From positions 9,982,001 through 10,046,000 of the forward strand of contig OZ281499.1 of assembly GCA_965637545.1 (NCBI GenBank): a DNA stretch of 64,000 nt, read 5' to 3'. Both the position numbers and the translations under genes were made by a program. The notes below the pieces were generated by a model. That model was not told the origin of the DNA. It saw only the letters and a list, made by a program, of their open reading frames with translations, and ran no database searches. Origin of the DNA: Phallusia mammillata. Its lineage: Eukaryota. This document shows positions 44,373 through 56,021 of this stretch, one piece after another. Numbering within the stretch: position 1 is the first letter of the stretch; each line of letters begins with the position of its first letter.

Positions 44373-45514
44373 TATTTTGTCATGTGGGAATGCCTGGTCA
44401 GCGGCTGATTCGGTATGATATGCCTTCAATGAGCCTGGTGTACTATGGTTTCTTGGTAGAGCATGCTTTCGACTAATGCAATAAATTCATAATAAATCGA
44501 AGGCCCTAACTGGTAGGCTGCGGTGTTATCTGCAATGTTTTTTTACTGCAAAAGTTCCAAATGGATTCCAACGCATTCCTGGAATTTTCTCAGTAAAATC
44601 TGCTTCATAGCAGAATAATATAACGGCGGCTATGATTTAGTACTAATATCGTGTTGTGTTAAGTATAAAAATTAAGACTTTTAAATAGCGGTACAATATG
44701 CTGCTTCTATTTTTTATAATCATTCCGCAGAAAACTCTCCCTAATAAAGGAAAAATCTTTTGTCTGTATATACATTTTTATGCCACATGCGAAAAAGTCA
44801 CAGAAATGGTCTTTACGTTTCTGTACACTTAAACAGATAAGCAAAGGTTAGTTTCCAAGCCTCTGCTGGATAAGAAAATTTCAGACATATTAACATCATT
44901 TATCAGCTCCGCCAATAAAAAATGTGTGCTGGTTGATTGTAACAGACAAATCAAGTTCAAGTTCACAATCACAATAAAAAGTTACATGGAAGAGTTGTCT
45001 TTGTATGAGTTTGCAGCAAGTTTGTTGACATTTGTTTTATAATTTCAAGGTTGTCTAGGCCAGCCTTGAAGAAATCTCCTAACATACCGGATCCACTGTG
45101 TAGGTTGCTGCGTCTCAAAACTCCCTGTTGACCTGTTGTAAATCAATGATCCTTTTGACAACACCCACATTTACGCGTTGTAGCATAAACCACCATTTCA
45201 TTCGTGGTATAATTCGCTTGGTACATTTCTTAACTGTTATTGTTTCGCCTGTTGGGTATTAACTTCCGCGAGCCTATGGGTTATTTGTTGGAAAGTAGAT
45301 CCTATTTCTGATAAGTTTTAGTGTTTGCTGCCCTGGTCGCATAAACAAAGGCACAATTATGATAACTGGGCCATACGGTTGGCAGTCAGTATTTGAGTAT
45401 AGGTTAAGTTAAGCCATCACTTCGTTCAGTAAAGCATGGTATGAAGTATTGGAACAGTAAAGCTGTAGAACAAAATAAAATGAAATTCTTGCATGTTTGG
45501 GTTAGATAAAACTC

Positions 45515-45521
45515 TATAAAA
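45515..45521 (+). promoter_or_regulatory. Candidate TATA box of peptide gene A1
   Basis: TATAAAA 140 bp upstream of the ATG, conserved before A3 (59389-59395) and changed to AATAAAA before A2 (about 50382). Confidence 0.4.
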
Positions 45522-45654
45522 CAGAAGCAAGTACTATCGAGTGTGTTTTAATGTAAAATAAGAACAATGTTTAAACAATGGGGACATAGGCGAACATAGG
45601 ATACTGTCACAATGCAACAACTTTTTGACATTGCTTGCAGAAATAAACAATAAT

Positions 45655-46074
45655 ATGAATAAACTTGTTGCATTGTTGTTGCTGTCAGCGTTGCTGGTCA
45701 ATGTTACATCTGGTAAAAGATTAGTCCATCGATATGGTTTTGCAACCAGCATCAATGGCGGGTAAGACGTAAAGTTATCTGATTCGTTTAGTTGCATATT
45801 AAATATGTTCACTTTTTAGTGTCTCAGTTGCGTACGACTCCCGAAACAGGTTTGAAACAACTGCCTTGGAGCATGCCCTGGAAAATATGTTCGATGCTGG
45901 TATGAAAAAAAAAATAATTCTAAAACTATATTTTTCAGTTAAATTGTTCCATGACCTATATGTGCCTGTGTGAAATACGGAAACTGTTTGTATTCATTAC
46001 CTTGAATACAAATGTACATAAGGCTACAATTAACCAATTATTTTTGTTTTTCAGAACTACATGAAAGAGTCTAA
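45655..46074 (+). CDS. Secreted peptide precursor A1 (68 aa)
   Basis: join(45655..45761,45820..45899,46055..46074): MNKLVALLLLSALLVNVTSGKRLVHRYGFATSINGGVSVAYDSRNRFETTALEHALENMFDAELHERV*. Splice sites and frame are conserved in three copies. Confidence 0.85.
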
Positions 46075-46424
46075 GAATAAAAAGTTGACCTCAGTGTTTG
46101 TTTTAAAGAAATAAAAAAATTGCTATTATTTCACACTGTTTGAATGACAGTAATAAACAGACAAACAGAACAGTTTTGTGTGATTGTTTTGTTGCTTACT
46201 TTGCTTCAAAAGTATCATATTAGATCAAAATGGAACAAAAATCTAATACAGACAAATATAGCTCGTTTGAGGTATAGGCTATACTGACATGTGGACTGTT
46301 GATTATCAGTTGAGTTTATTTCGCTTGGTAATAGACAACATAGCGACATATTGATATTGGTTTAGCAGATATATTTTTATGCCCGTTGGTTACAAAATGT
46401 ATATTTACTACAGTGGCCCTAGTG

Positions 46425-46641
46425 CAGTGGTTCTTAACCTTTTTTCCTTGCTGCACCCCTTTCAAATCACCAACCAATTTTCGCACCCCCTTGCAAATCA
46501 CTAACCAATTTTCGCTCCCCCTTCTGTAATTGCTTAAATAGAATAGACCTAACCAACCTTAATGATTCAGCATCCCCGCACCCCCTAGGAACAGTTCTCG
46601 CACCCCTTGGGGGTGCGTGCACCCCTGGTTAAGAACCCCTG
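46425..46641. mobile_element. hAT-type MITE with internal caccccc repeats
   Basis: TIRs cagtggttcttaacc / ggttaagaacccctg; perfect TSD ccctagtg; absent from the paralog at about 51830. Confidence 0.9.
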
Positions 46642-47618
46642 CCCTAGTGGGTATTGAAATAGCATATATGCAGACTTTTTTTTAATGTAGCCTACTTCAT
46701 AATGCCACTAACGCAACATCAACAAAAAAGCCTTGATAATTATTATTTACTATACTTTTTCTATAGATTAATCAAACATTAGCTTTTCGATGGTAGCCTA
46801 CAGCAGCAAATTGGGAAGTCAGTTTTAAGAAATGTACACCTTGACTCTGTCACGTCAAAATCTTTAAATACATGTTGGAATAATTTGTGCTATAAGTTTT
46901 TTTTTTCGTTTCAACTTCAAGTCTAAACCCAAAACCCGATTTTTTCGGCGGATTTCAAATAAGGTTGAAATATTTGAACAAACAAATGTTGCGTTGGACT
47001 CATTTCTTGTCGGTAAATGGAGTCTTTAGAACCAAAAATTTTAACTAAGAATTGACTGACTTAAACTAGGTTGATAAGAATTACAGCTTGAACTTTTATA
47101 GGCTTTAAAATCAGCTTAAAACAACATTTAACCTTAACTTTCGAATACATTTTGAACTGACGTAATTCAGTTGGTAGTACTTCAAGAAATGAACTACACC
47201 TTAAGTATGTAGAAATACTTTTCACAGGATATGTCCTTCTAAAAGTGGGCATGTTAATGTAAAACGATCACCAAGTCGAACGTTTTCAGTATTTGATATG
47301 ATAGAGAATACAGGCATCGACGAAATAAACATCTCGATTGTTACAACTTCGTTTAAGCCGATTTTAAGGCAGAAGCATTTACTGCTTTATTTTTCCTAAT
47401 GTTCATATAATTGGTTTGTTTAATTCTATCTTAACCTAAATAAGCGACAATAACGACTAAAAAAAACAAATTCGGCCAAATTCGACAGCCATTGCAACAA
47501 ACTTGTTTTATTATTCTTTATTGCTGTACCGATTTTGCTGTTGCATTCAAAAACACACTATGCATAACATAAACATCGGTTTCGTGTCCTTCCATAAACT
47601 AGGGAGCTTCTATCCTTT

Positions 47619-48007
47619 ATAGGGTTCCGTGAGGCAATTTTGGGGGGACAACTAGACTGTTGAAGTAATTCTATAAACTTATTTGGCGTCAGTTTGTGCC
47701 ACTAAATAAGTTTAAATCAAAGTAAAACTGAGAATCGACTGTTTTCGTTGCTAAACAATAGTCGTGAATGCATGACAACTATCAAAAATGCAATTGTTTG
47801 TACACAATTGTAATGTTTTTTGTCTTGTCGGTGATGCCACATGCTGTCTTTGGATGATTGTTATGCGCGATTTTGCATAAACAGCTAAATCCTACAATTA
47901 ACTTTCGTTTTTCTGAAATACACATTCAAGCTTACGGACCGCGAGCCCTCGAAATAATGGCAAATGGATGGTTTTGAAAAAATAATGAAAAAGTTTGAGA
48001 ACCAGTG
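47619..48007. mobile_element. Truncated copy of the 40912 MITE family, abutting the exon 3 remnant of C1
   Basis: Internal sequence and right end (aagtttgagaaccagtg) match; the left TIR is missing. Confidence 0.75.
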
Positions 48008-48046
48008 ATATAGATTATATTCTAGACTAGTGAAGTGTATACTTAC

Positions 48047-48129
48047 CACGAAGGATGTTTTTCATAGCTTCTTCAAGCTTCAAAGTTTCAAACATGTTCT
48101 TCATATTGTCCCATGCATTAATGTTTAAA
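48047..48129 (-). pseudogene. Peptide family locus C1: intact exon 2, exon 1 absent, exon 3 disrupted
   Basis: cag|T-LNINAWDNMKNMFETLKLEEAMKNILR-G|gtaagt. The exon 3 remnant at about 47608-47618 is cut by the MITE, and the block carrying exon 1 in C2/C3 is missing here. Confidence 0.7.
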
Positions 48130-49687
48130 CTGCAAAAACAAATTAGCATTCAACTAACTTTTTAAAAGCAGCAAAACTCATCGAAATAAAGTTGACCCAC
48201 TCATACATCGAGAAACCCTGTCTTAGAATAACTGTGTGCATGTTGTGTAAAAAAGGGTAAGTGTAAATAGAAACAAATTTTGTTTCATCAGAATAGAACG
48301 ATGTAGTGAATATTTGTCTTTGTACGGTTTGGAAATCATGTTTTTTGAATAATGTTTTATAATTATAAATATCAAAGATCTTGAAGAAAACCCGATAAGT
48401 TTGGCCACAACAGAGTTGTGATTCGGCAGATAAGTTATATTTGTTAATTATTTGCTGGAGCCAAGTCAAACTGCAACTGATAACAGCATAAAAAATAACA
48501 AAGATTTATTAAACAGGATTTCCAACTAATCTCTGGGATTATTTCAGCAACATCTGCTTTGAAGATCCTAATCCGGAAACTGTTAAGACCAAACATGGAG
48601 GAAGTGGTTAGTATTGCAATGATAAAACGGCTGCTAATTATGATTTAATGTTTGGTGTAAGTATAAAAATGAAGACTTTCAAACCAAATATAAAAAGATG
48701 GTTTGCTTTTTTAAACATTTTTTATGTCATATGCGAAAAAGTCACTAAAATAGTCGTTTATATTGTCTTTCAACAGATAAGCAAGGATTTTTTTTAACCC
48801 TCCACACTCTACAGTCTACAGGATCAGAAAATGCTAGAAGACTTGTTTACATTATTTACCGACGACCTCCAACAAAAAAAGAAAAAACAAGGATAATAGA
48901 AATTGTTTGTTGACTATTTACTAATGCCTGAAACACAAGGACGCGACCTTATTTTAAGACATTGGTGTTTTTGCAGATTTTTATTTGCCGAGGAGATGAT
49001 GCTGCCATGCAACAACTTTAAAACGCCGTGTTTATTTCTGTTCTGTCCAATGTGACGTTTGTAAGCCTTTAAGCAGAGTCAAACAAACTTTCGGGGCTAA
49101 ACGGCTTCTGAACAACGATTCAGGTTGAAGCCGAGCTTCGGGCTTGTACTTTCAGGTTCGGGCTTAACATACCGTAATCGCCGGTTGGCATGAACGCTGA
49201 TGGCTGATACCGGTAACGAATTTTTGTCCATCTTAACCTATTAATGGTCAATCTGGACACCCATACTAGGAAGCTGAAATGTGCAGCATACGGGGCAGAC
49301 AACGATGCTTGTAATTCGATATGCGAGTCCCCGGCAAAACTCCAGGCGTGGATTTAAAACTCATCGTAGGCTGCTTTGCCAAGCTGGCATGCCTGGTCGG
49401 TGGTCACCGGCACATTCGGTACGATGCTATCAATGGGCCTGATGTACTATGGTTTGCTTTTCGACTAATGTGTTTTTCGACTAATGTTTTATCTATAAAG
49501 GTCTTCTATCTGAACCTAATTAGCGACTATACCAACCAAGAAAACCAAATGTGACGGAACTCGGCAAAATTCAGCAGCCATTGCAACAAACCTGTTTTAT
49601 TACTCTTTTCTTTGCTGTCGCGTACCAAAACAAACTTAAGCATAACATAAACAACGATTTCGTTTTCTTCAACAAACCAGGGAGCTT

Positions 49688-49704
49688 TTATCCTCTGAGG
49701 TGGT
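49688..49704 (-). pseudogene. Orphan exon 3 of a C-type peptide gene
   Basis: tttttttag|ac cac ctc aga gga taa, matching exon 3 of C3; no exon 2 in the adjacent sequence. Confidence 0.5.
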
Positions 49705-50498
49705 CTAAAAAAATATTCAAACCATTAAATTAAAAAAATCTGGTTAAAATTATTACAGCGGGTGTCGCATCGAGAATTTAAGGTCTGATACAAATGCTTC
49801 CGTCAATAGATTTGGGTTTGGGACTCAAGTTCACAATCACAATAAAAAGTTACGTGGAAGAGTTGTCTCTGTATGTGTTTGCAGCATTTTGTCGACACTT
49901 GCTTTTTCTTCCAAGGGTGCAATATAGGCCAAGTTTGAAGAAATATCTTAGACAGCCGCATGCGACATGCCGGTCACACTTTGTGTAGGGTGCTGCGTCT
50001 CACAACTCCTTGTTGTAGATCAATGATTATTTGACAACACCCACATCGTAGTATAAATCATTTCATTCGTGCTATAGTTTATTTAGTATTTCGTAACTGT
50101 TATTGTTTGGCCGGTTGGGTATTAACTTCCGCAAGTATATGGGGTATTTTTTGGAAAGTAGATCCTCTTTCTGATAAGTTTTAGTGTTTGCTGCCCTGGT
50201 CGTATAAACAAAAGCACAATTATGATAACTGGGCCATACGGTTGGCAGTCAGTATTTGAGTATAGGTTAAGTCATCACTTCGTTCAGTAAGCATTGGTAC
50301 GAAGTATTGGAACAGTAAAGCTGTAGAACAAAATAAAATGAAATTTTTGGAAGTTTTGGGTTAGATGTCTAAATAATAATCAATAAAACAGAAGCAAGTA
50401 CTATCGAATGGGTTTTAATGTAAAATAAGAACAATGTTTAAAAAATGGGGACATGGGCGTACAGGATACTGTGACAATTCAACAACTTTTTGAAATTG

Positions 50499-51019
50499 TT
50501 TAATCATAAACATTACTGCCAAGGTAGTGGTGTATATAGAATACATCGTGTAGACGTTTCGACAATCTCTGTTGTCATCATCAGTACATGTTTTCAATCA
50601 AGCTGTGGAACAGAGATTTTGGACGCAAACCAAAACCGCGTGAGACTGTTGTTTCTCGAATCGCTTTTTACTCAAAGGCATGAACCCGAGCTCAACATCG
50701 ACACAGTTTCCATGCCCTTGCGTCTGTTCAACACCTGACCCATATCTCCGGTTCTTATCTTTTCGTCTACGCCACCGTTCTAAACGTCGTTCCCTGTTAT
50801 CGTCTGTGACGTCACTTCACACATCTGCCTTCCCTTTCTTTTCTTTTTTTTTCCTTAGTGCTTTATATACCGTGTTCCACAGCTTGATTGAAAACATGTA
50901 CTGATGATGACAACAGAGATTGTCGAAACGTCTACACGATGTATTCTATATACACCACTACCTTGGCAGTAATGTTTATGATTAAACTACTTTTCAAGTC
51001 CGTGCATAGTGTTCCTAAG
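50499..51019. mobile_element. Penelope-like foldback insertion: 114-bp perfect inverted repeats, each with a minimal hammerhead motif
   Basis: Arms 50499-50612 and 50873-50986; 12-bp TSD tttttgaaattg (50487-50498, 51020-51031); empty site in paralog A3 at about 59495. Confidence 0.88.
50897..50936 (+). ncRNA. Minimal type I hammerhead ribozyme motif (mirror copy at 50549-50588, minus)
   Basis: tgta-CTGATGA-t-GACAA(cagaga)TTGTC-GAAAC-GTC-taca: intact core, 5-bp helix II, loopless palindromic helix III (ACGU), 4-bp helix I, GUC cleavage triplet. Confidence 0.7.
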
Positions 51020-51052
51020 TTTTTGAAATTGCTTGCAGAAATAAACAATAAC

Positions 51053-51486
51053 ATGAATAAACTTGTTGCATTGTTGTTGCTATCCGCGTTTCTGGTCAAT
51101 GTTGCATCTGGAAAAAGATTAGTTCATCGATATGGTCTTGCAACCAGCATCAATGGCGGGTAAGACCAAAAAGCTGAAAGTTTTCCCGAATCGTTTAGTT
51201 GCGTTTGAAAAATGTTTACTTTTTTATCTTAGTATCTCAATTGGCTACGACGCCCAAAACAGGTTCGAAGCAACTGCCTTGGAGCATGTCCTGGAAGATA
51301 TGTTCGATGCTGGTATTAAAAAAATTAAACAAATAAATCCTAAAAGTATATTTTTCAGTTACATTTTTCCTTGACCCATATGTGACTTTGTCAAATACGA
51401 GGACAATTTGTATTCTTTACCCTGGCTACAAATGCACAGTACAATTAACACGATTTTTTTTTTCAGAACTACATGAAAGAGTCTAA
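51053..51486 (+). CDS. Secreted peptide precursor A2 (68 aa)
   Basis: join(51053..51159,51233..51312,51467..51486): MNKLVALLLLSAFLVNVASGKRLVHRYGLATSINGGISIGYDAQNRFEATALEHVLEDMFDAELHERV*. Confidence 0.85.
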
Positions 51487-53052
51487 GATTAGAAAGATGA
51501 AAACCTCAGTGTTTGTCTGAAAGAAATAATAAATTTGCTATTATTTCGCACTCTTATAATTATAGTAATAAATAGACAAACAAAACGGTTTTGTGAGATT
51601 GTTTTGTCGTTTACATTACTTCAAAACTATTATATTAGATTAAAATGTAACAAGAATCTAACATAGACAAATGTAGATCATTTTAAGTATAGGCTATACT
51701 GACATGTCGACCTTTGAGTATTAGTTGAGTTTTTTTTCGTTTGGTGATAGACAATATAGCGACACGTTGACATTGTTTTAGCAGGATATATTTTAAAATG
51801 TCCGAATAGGTTACAAAAAATTCATTTACTAGTGGGTATTGAAATAGCATGTATCCAGACTTTCATGTTTCACGAATATACTTCATAATGCCACTCACGC
51901 AAAATCAATATAAAAACTTTGATAACTTATCTGCCCTATATTTTTCTATGAATTACTTAAACGTCAGCTTTTCAATGGTGTGGCAGCAAGTTGGGAAGCC
52001 AGTATGGAAAAAATGTACACCCTGACTGTGCCACGTCAATATATTTAAATACATGTTTGAATAATTTATGCTATAAGTTGTTTAAATAATTCCGTTTCAA
52101 CTTCAAGTACGAACCCAGAACCCAAACTTTTTCGGCGGATTCAAAGTAAGGGTAAAGGGTTAACTCGGACAACAAGTTTAACCAAGATATTTTGCTTTGG
52201 ACTCGTGTCTAGTTGTTAAAGCGAGTCTTTCTAAGAATTAACTGACCTAAACTCGTTTGATAAGAATTACAGTTTCAGCTTTTGTAGGCATAAAATTCAT
52301 ATTAAAACAACATTCAAACCATGAAGAGCAAGAGCATGTCCAAACATTGATTTTTGTCAAAACAAATTCAGCAGTTAAAGGGTTAACCACCTTAACTTTC
52401 GAACAAATTTTGAATTAAAGTAATGCAGGTGGTAGTACTCAAAGATATGAGCTACACCTTAAGTTTAAGTAAGTAAAAGTACTTTTCACAGGATCTGTCC
52501 CTCTAATAGTAGGCATGTTAATGTCCACTATCACTGAGTCAAACGTTTTCAGTAATTGATGATAAAGAATACAGGTATCGACGAAATAAATATTTCGATT
52601 GTTACAACTTCGTGTAAGGTGATTTTATGTCAGACGCATTTGCTTCCTTATTATCCCCTTAAGTTTAGCTCCTTTGAATAACACTATAGTGCCGTCCCTA
52701 GCACATGCCCAAGTACCCGACTGTCTAAAGTTGCAGAAATGCCTATAAAATGCACTATAAAAGCCGATTTTTAAAATTGCTCAGCAGGTTTTTGGCGAAA
52801 TATAATATAATTAAAATATATGATTGGTTTGTTTAATTCCATTTTGAACCTAAATTAGCGACTATACCGACCAAAAAACAAACAAACAAACAAATGGGAA
52901 TGAATTCGGCCAAATTTAACACACATTGCAACATTGTTTCATTAATCTTTTATTTGCTGAACCGATAATTTTGCTGTTGCATATCAAAACAAACTATATG
53001 CGTTAACATAATCAACGATTTCGTTTTCTTCAACAAACTATAGGAGGAGCTT

Positions 53053-54529
53053 TTATCCTCTGAGGAGGTGATCTAAAAAAAAGATTCAAGCTATTGAATT
53101 TAAAAATGCTGCTTAAAATTAATACAGTAGGTAAGCACTTACAAACGTACAAAAATTGGTAAGCTTAATTGTCGACGAAACATTTAGATTATATTCTAGA
53201 TTTGTCAAGTATACTCACCACGAAAGTTTTTTTCCCTTGCTTCTTCAAGCTTTAAAGTATCAGACATGTTCTTCATATTGTCGTGCTTAACGTTTCCAGT
53301 GCTAAAACATATTAACATTTAACTTTACAAAACCAGCAAAAATCATCGAAATTAAGTTAAAGTTGGCCCTCTCAAAGATCGAGAAACTCCGTCTTAAGAA
53401 TAACTGTGTGAATGTTGTGAAAAAAAGCCAAGTTTAAGTAGAAACAAATTTCGTTTCATTAGAATCAAGCGATGTAATGAATATTTGTCTCTGTGTGGTT
53501 TGGAAAGCATGTCTTTTGACTAATGTTTTAGAATTATATAGAAGATCTTGATGATCGAATAACGAACCACTGCCGCCTGTCTTTACTGCAAAGCAAGATA
53601 AGTCAAGAAAATCTGATATGTTTGGCCATGACAGAGTGTAGATTCAGCAGAAAAGTTATATTTGTTAATTATTTGCTGGAGCCAAGTCAAACTGCAACTG
53701 ATAACAGCATAAAAATAATAAAGCATTATGAAAAAGGAATTCCGACCAATTTCTGGGATTATTTCAGTAACATCTGCTATGAAAATCCTAATACGGAAAC
53801 TGTTGAGACCCAACGCGGTGGAAGTGGTTAGTATTGCAATAATATAACGGTTGCTAAATATGATGTAATGTTTTGTGCAAGTATAAAAATGAAGACTATC
53901 AAACCAAAAAAATGATTTGCGTTTTTATACAATTTTTTATGCCACATGCGAAAAAAAGTCACTGAAAAAAACCTATACATCTTTGTTGCTTTAAAAAGAC
54001 AAGGAAGGGTTTTGTTTCCATCCCTGTTTTGGCCACGTCAACATCATTTACGACATGTGTTTTTTTAAGGCATTTGCAAGTTCAATTTGTACCTTTTACT
54101 GCGTGTTTCAACATATGCGTGACGCATATTCGATTTGCCGAGAAAGATTTTGCTGCTTTCTTCAAACAAAACCGTGCTAACTAATTAAATCTAATGCATA
54201 AACGTCATTTTGAACTTGTTTGTATACTTCAGTACAATAGTACGCTTTGTAAAATGTAAAGTTCCATGCATAACTTTTGTCATGAACCCAAATTACGGAC
54301 GACACAGACTGCTAAGACCGCACTTTTGAAGGAATAACCTTATTTAAAACACTAGTTCAGACACAATGTTTTGCTAATTGCAAGTATCGTAAAAGTATCT
54401 TGCACAACGTTCGATGTAAACTTCTTACCCTCCGTTGACGCTGGTGAGCTGGCCAGGTGGTCTTCCATAGATTGTTGACAAGTTCATCAACAGCATCGAC
54501 ATCAGCACAAATGCAATAAACCTGGACAT
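53053..54529 (-). CDS. Secreted peptide precursor C2 (67 aa)
   Basis: Exons 54429..54529, 53219..53301, 53053..53072: MSRFIAFVLMSMLLMNLSTIYGRPPGQLTSVNGGTGNVKHDNMKNMSDTLKLEEAREKNFRDHLLRG*. Confidence 0.8.
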
Positions 54530-55148
54530 TTTTTTGCTTTTTAAAGCTTAAGAAAAGAGTCAGCTTGTGAAATATATAAAGCTGTTACTACAAGCCCAAA
54601 CCAAACTGTTAATGAACACAGATTGTGCAATTTTAATGACTTAACTTGAATTTTACACATTAAGCCAACTTCCACTTGTCCAACCAGTTTCTTCAAAATA
54701 TATCACCATTTTTTGAATAGGCAGCAAATTAAAAAAGCAATTCAAACCGTTTGTGATTTCAACCAATATATCTTGAACTTCTACGTCCTAGAGAAAAGTC
54801 AATAAAACAGCACATGAAGACAATTATACTCTCCAATGGGTTTTTTAGGAAGTGACAAAAAGGCAATCAAAACTTCCTTCCACCTTTTAAGATGTTCAAA
54901 GGCAATTGCAGGCTAGAATTTTCTATCCTACGCCTTGCCATATGGGAATGCTTGGTGACCAGCTGATTCGGTAAAACGGTTTCATGCCGTGATCGCTAGT
55001 GCATGAACGCTTCATGGCTTATCCCAGTAACGAAATTTTGTTCATATTAACTGATTAATGGACAATGTGGCGATCCCCTACTACGAAGCTGACATCTCCA
55101 ACATAGGAACGTTGCTTGTAATTCGATATGTGACGGGCTCACGGCTGA

Positions 55149-55221
55149 ACCTGTGTAGCTCAGTTGGTAAAGCGCGACTCACGGCAAAACTCCTGGCGTG
55201 GGTTCAAGACCCACCGCAGGC
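55149..55221 (+). pseudogene. tRNA-like module, second copy
   Basis: 73 nt; 6/7 acceptor pairs, D-stem GCT/AGC, perfect T-arm, unpaired anticodon stem. Confidence 0.6.
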
Positions 55222-55857
55222 TATCTTGCCATGTGGCAATGACTGGTCACCGGCTGATTCGGTATGATGCCTTCAATGGGCCTGGCGTACTATGGTTTCT
55301 CGGTAGAGCATTTCATTTAGGCCGAAGTTTCACCAACTATAATTCGGGCTCTGTTTTAAACAAATGTAGTTCGGGCTCGGTTTTAGTCCTGTACTTTTTG
55401 GTTCCGGTTAACTTTGAGTTCAAATTTCGAAACCGCTCACAACACTGGTTACGTCACTCTACAACTCGTTCATAGAAACAATCATTTGGCAACCAGAGTT
55501 AAACAATATATATCCTTATCAAAGTTGAAATACGATAAATACAAATACATACAGTAACAGATGAGGAATGAGTGGAGCATGTGTGGAAAACAAAACATAC
55601 CGAAGAGTACAATAGGTTACATGTTTACTGAAAGCAACTTCTTGTAATTCTTTAATGTTAATCTATATGCACTTCAAAAGCCTGTTAAATTCAATTTTGA
55701 AATATTCGGAGAGGTATTATTTTGTATTTCTCATCTGACCACATTTTTCAAGAAACTTGTTTTGCAATCTTCTGCATTCCTTTCAGATCTGTTTGTTTCC
55801 GTGAAACCCAGATGGTAAAAAATTGGTCAAATATACTCAATGTTACATGGTGTTTGA

Positions 55858-56021
55858 TCAAACATTAACCATGAATCTAAAAAAGTATCATAACAGGATG
55901 ACGATTGAAAAAAAAGCGTTTCTACTCACCCGCCGTTAACTGAAGTTAGAGGCTCAACTGTGGCAAAACTTGTTGTAATGCTGACTAGCAGTAAATGCAT
56001 CAGAAACATCACCAGTTTCAT
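55858..56021 (-). CDS. Peptide family locus D2: intact exon 1, early stop in exon 2 (about 36 aa product, or a pseudogene)
   Basis: Exons 55930..56021 and 55858..55876: MKLVMFLMHLLLVSITTSFATVEPLTSVNGGFMVNV*. Exon 2 has a 4-bp deletion relative to D1. Confidence 0.55.

Noticed and set aside
43982-44476. 164-aa ORF (and 55058-55475)
   Set aside because: A chimera of MITE and tRNA-like repeat sequence; the frame is not conserved between copies.
47125-47195. Minus-strand exon-like segment conserved in blocks X, Y and Z
   Set aside because: The copy at about 61575-61640 has a 1-bp indel, and no partner exons were found.
48200-48290. MK[QR]NLFL... signal-like ORF as exon 1 of the C genes
   Set aside because: The frame differs among the three copies, with early stops. 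The true exon 1 with the SxNGG end was found at 54429 and 63740.
50415-51163. Twin ORFs starting MKTCTDDDNRDCRNVY on opposite strands
   Set aside because: Artefact of the 114-bp inverted repeat; the plus ORF merely runs into exon 1 of A2.
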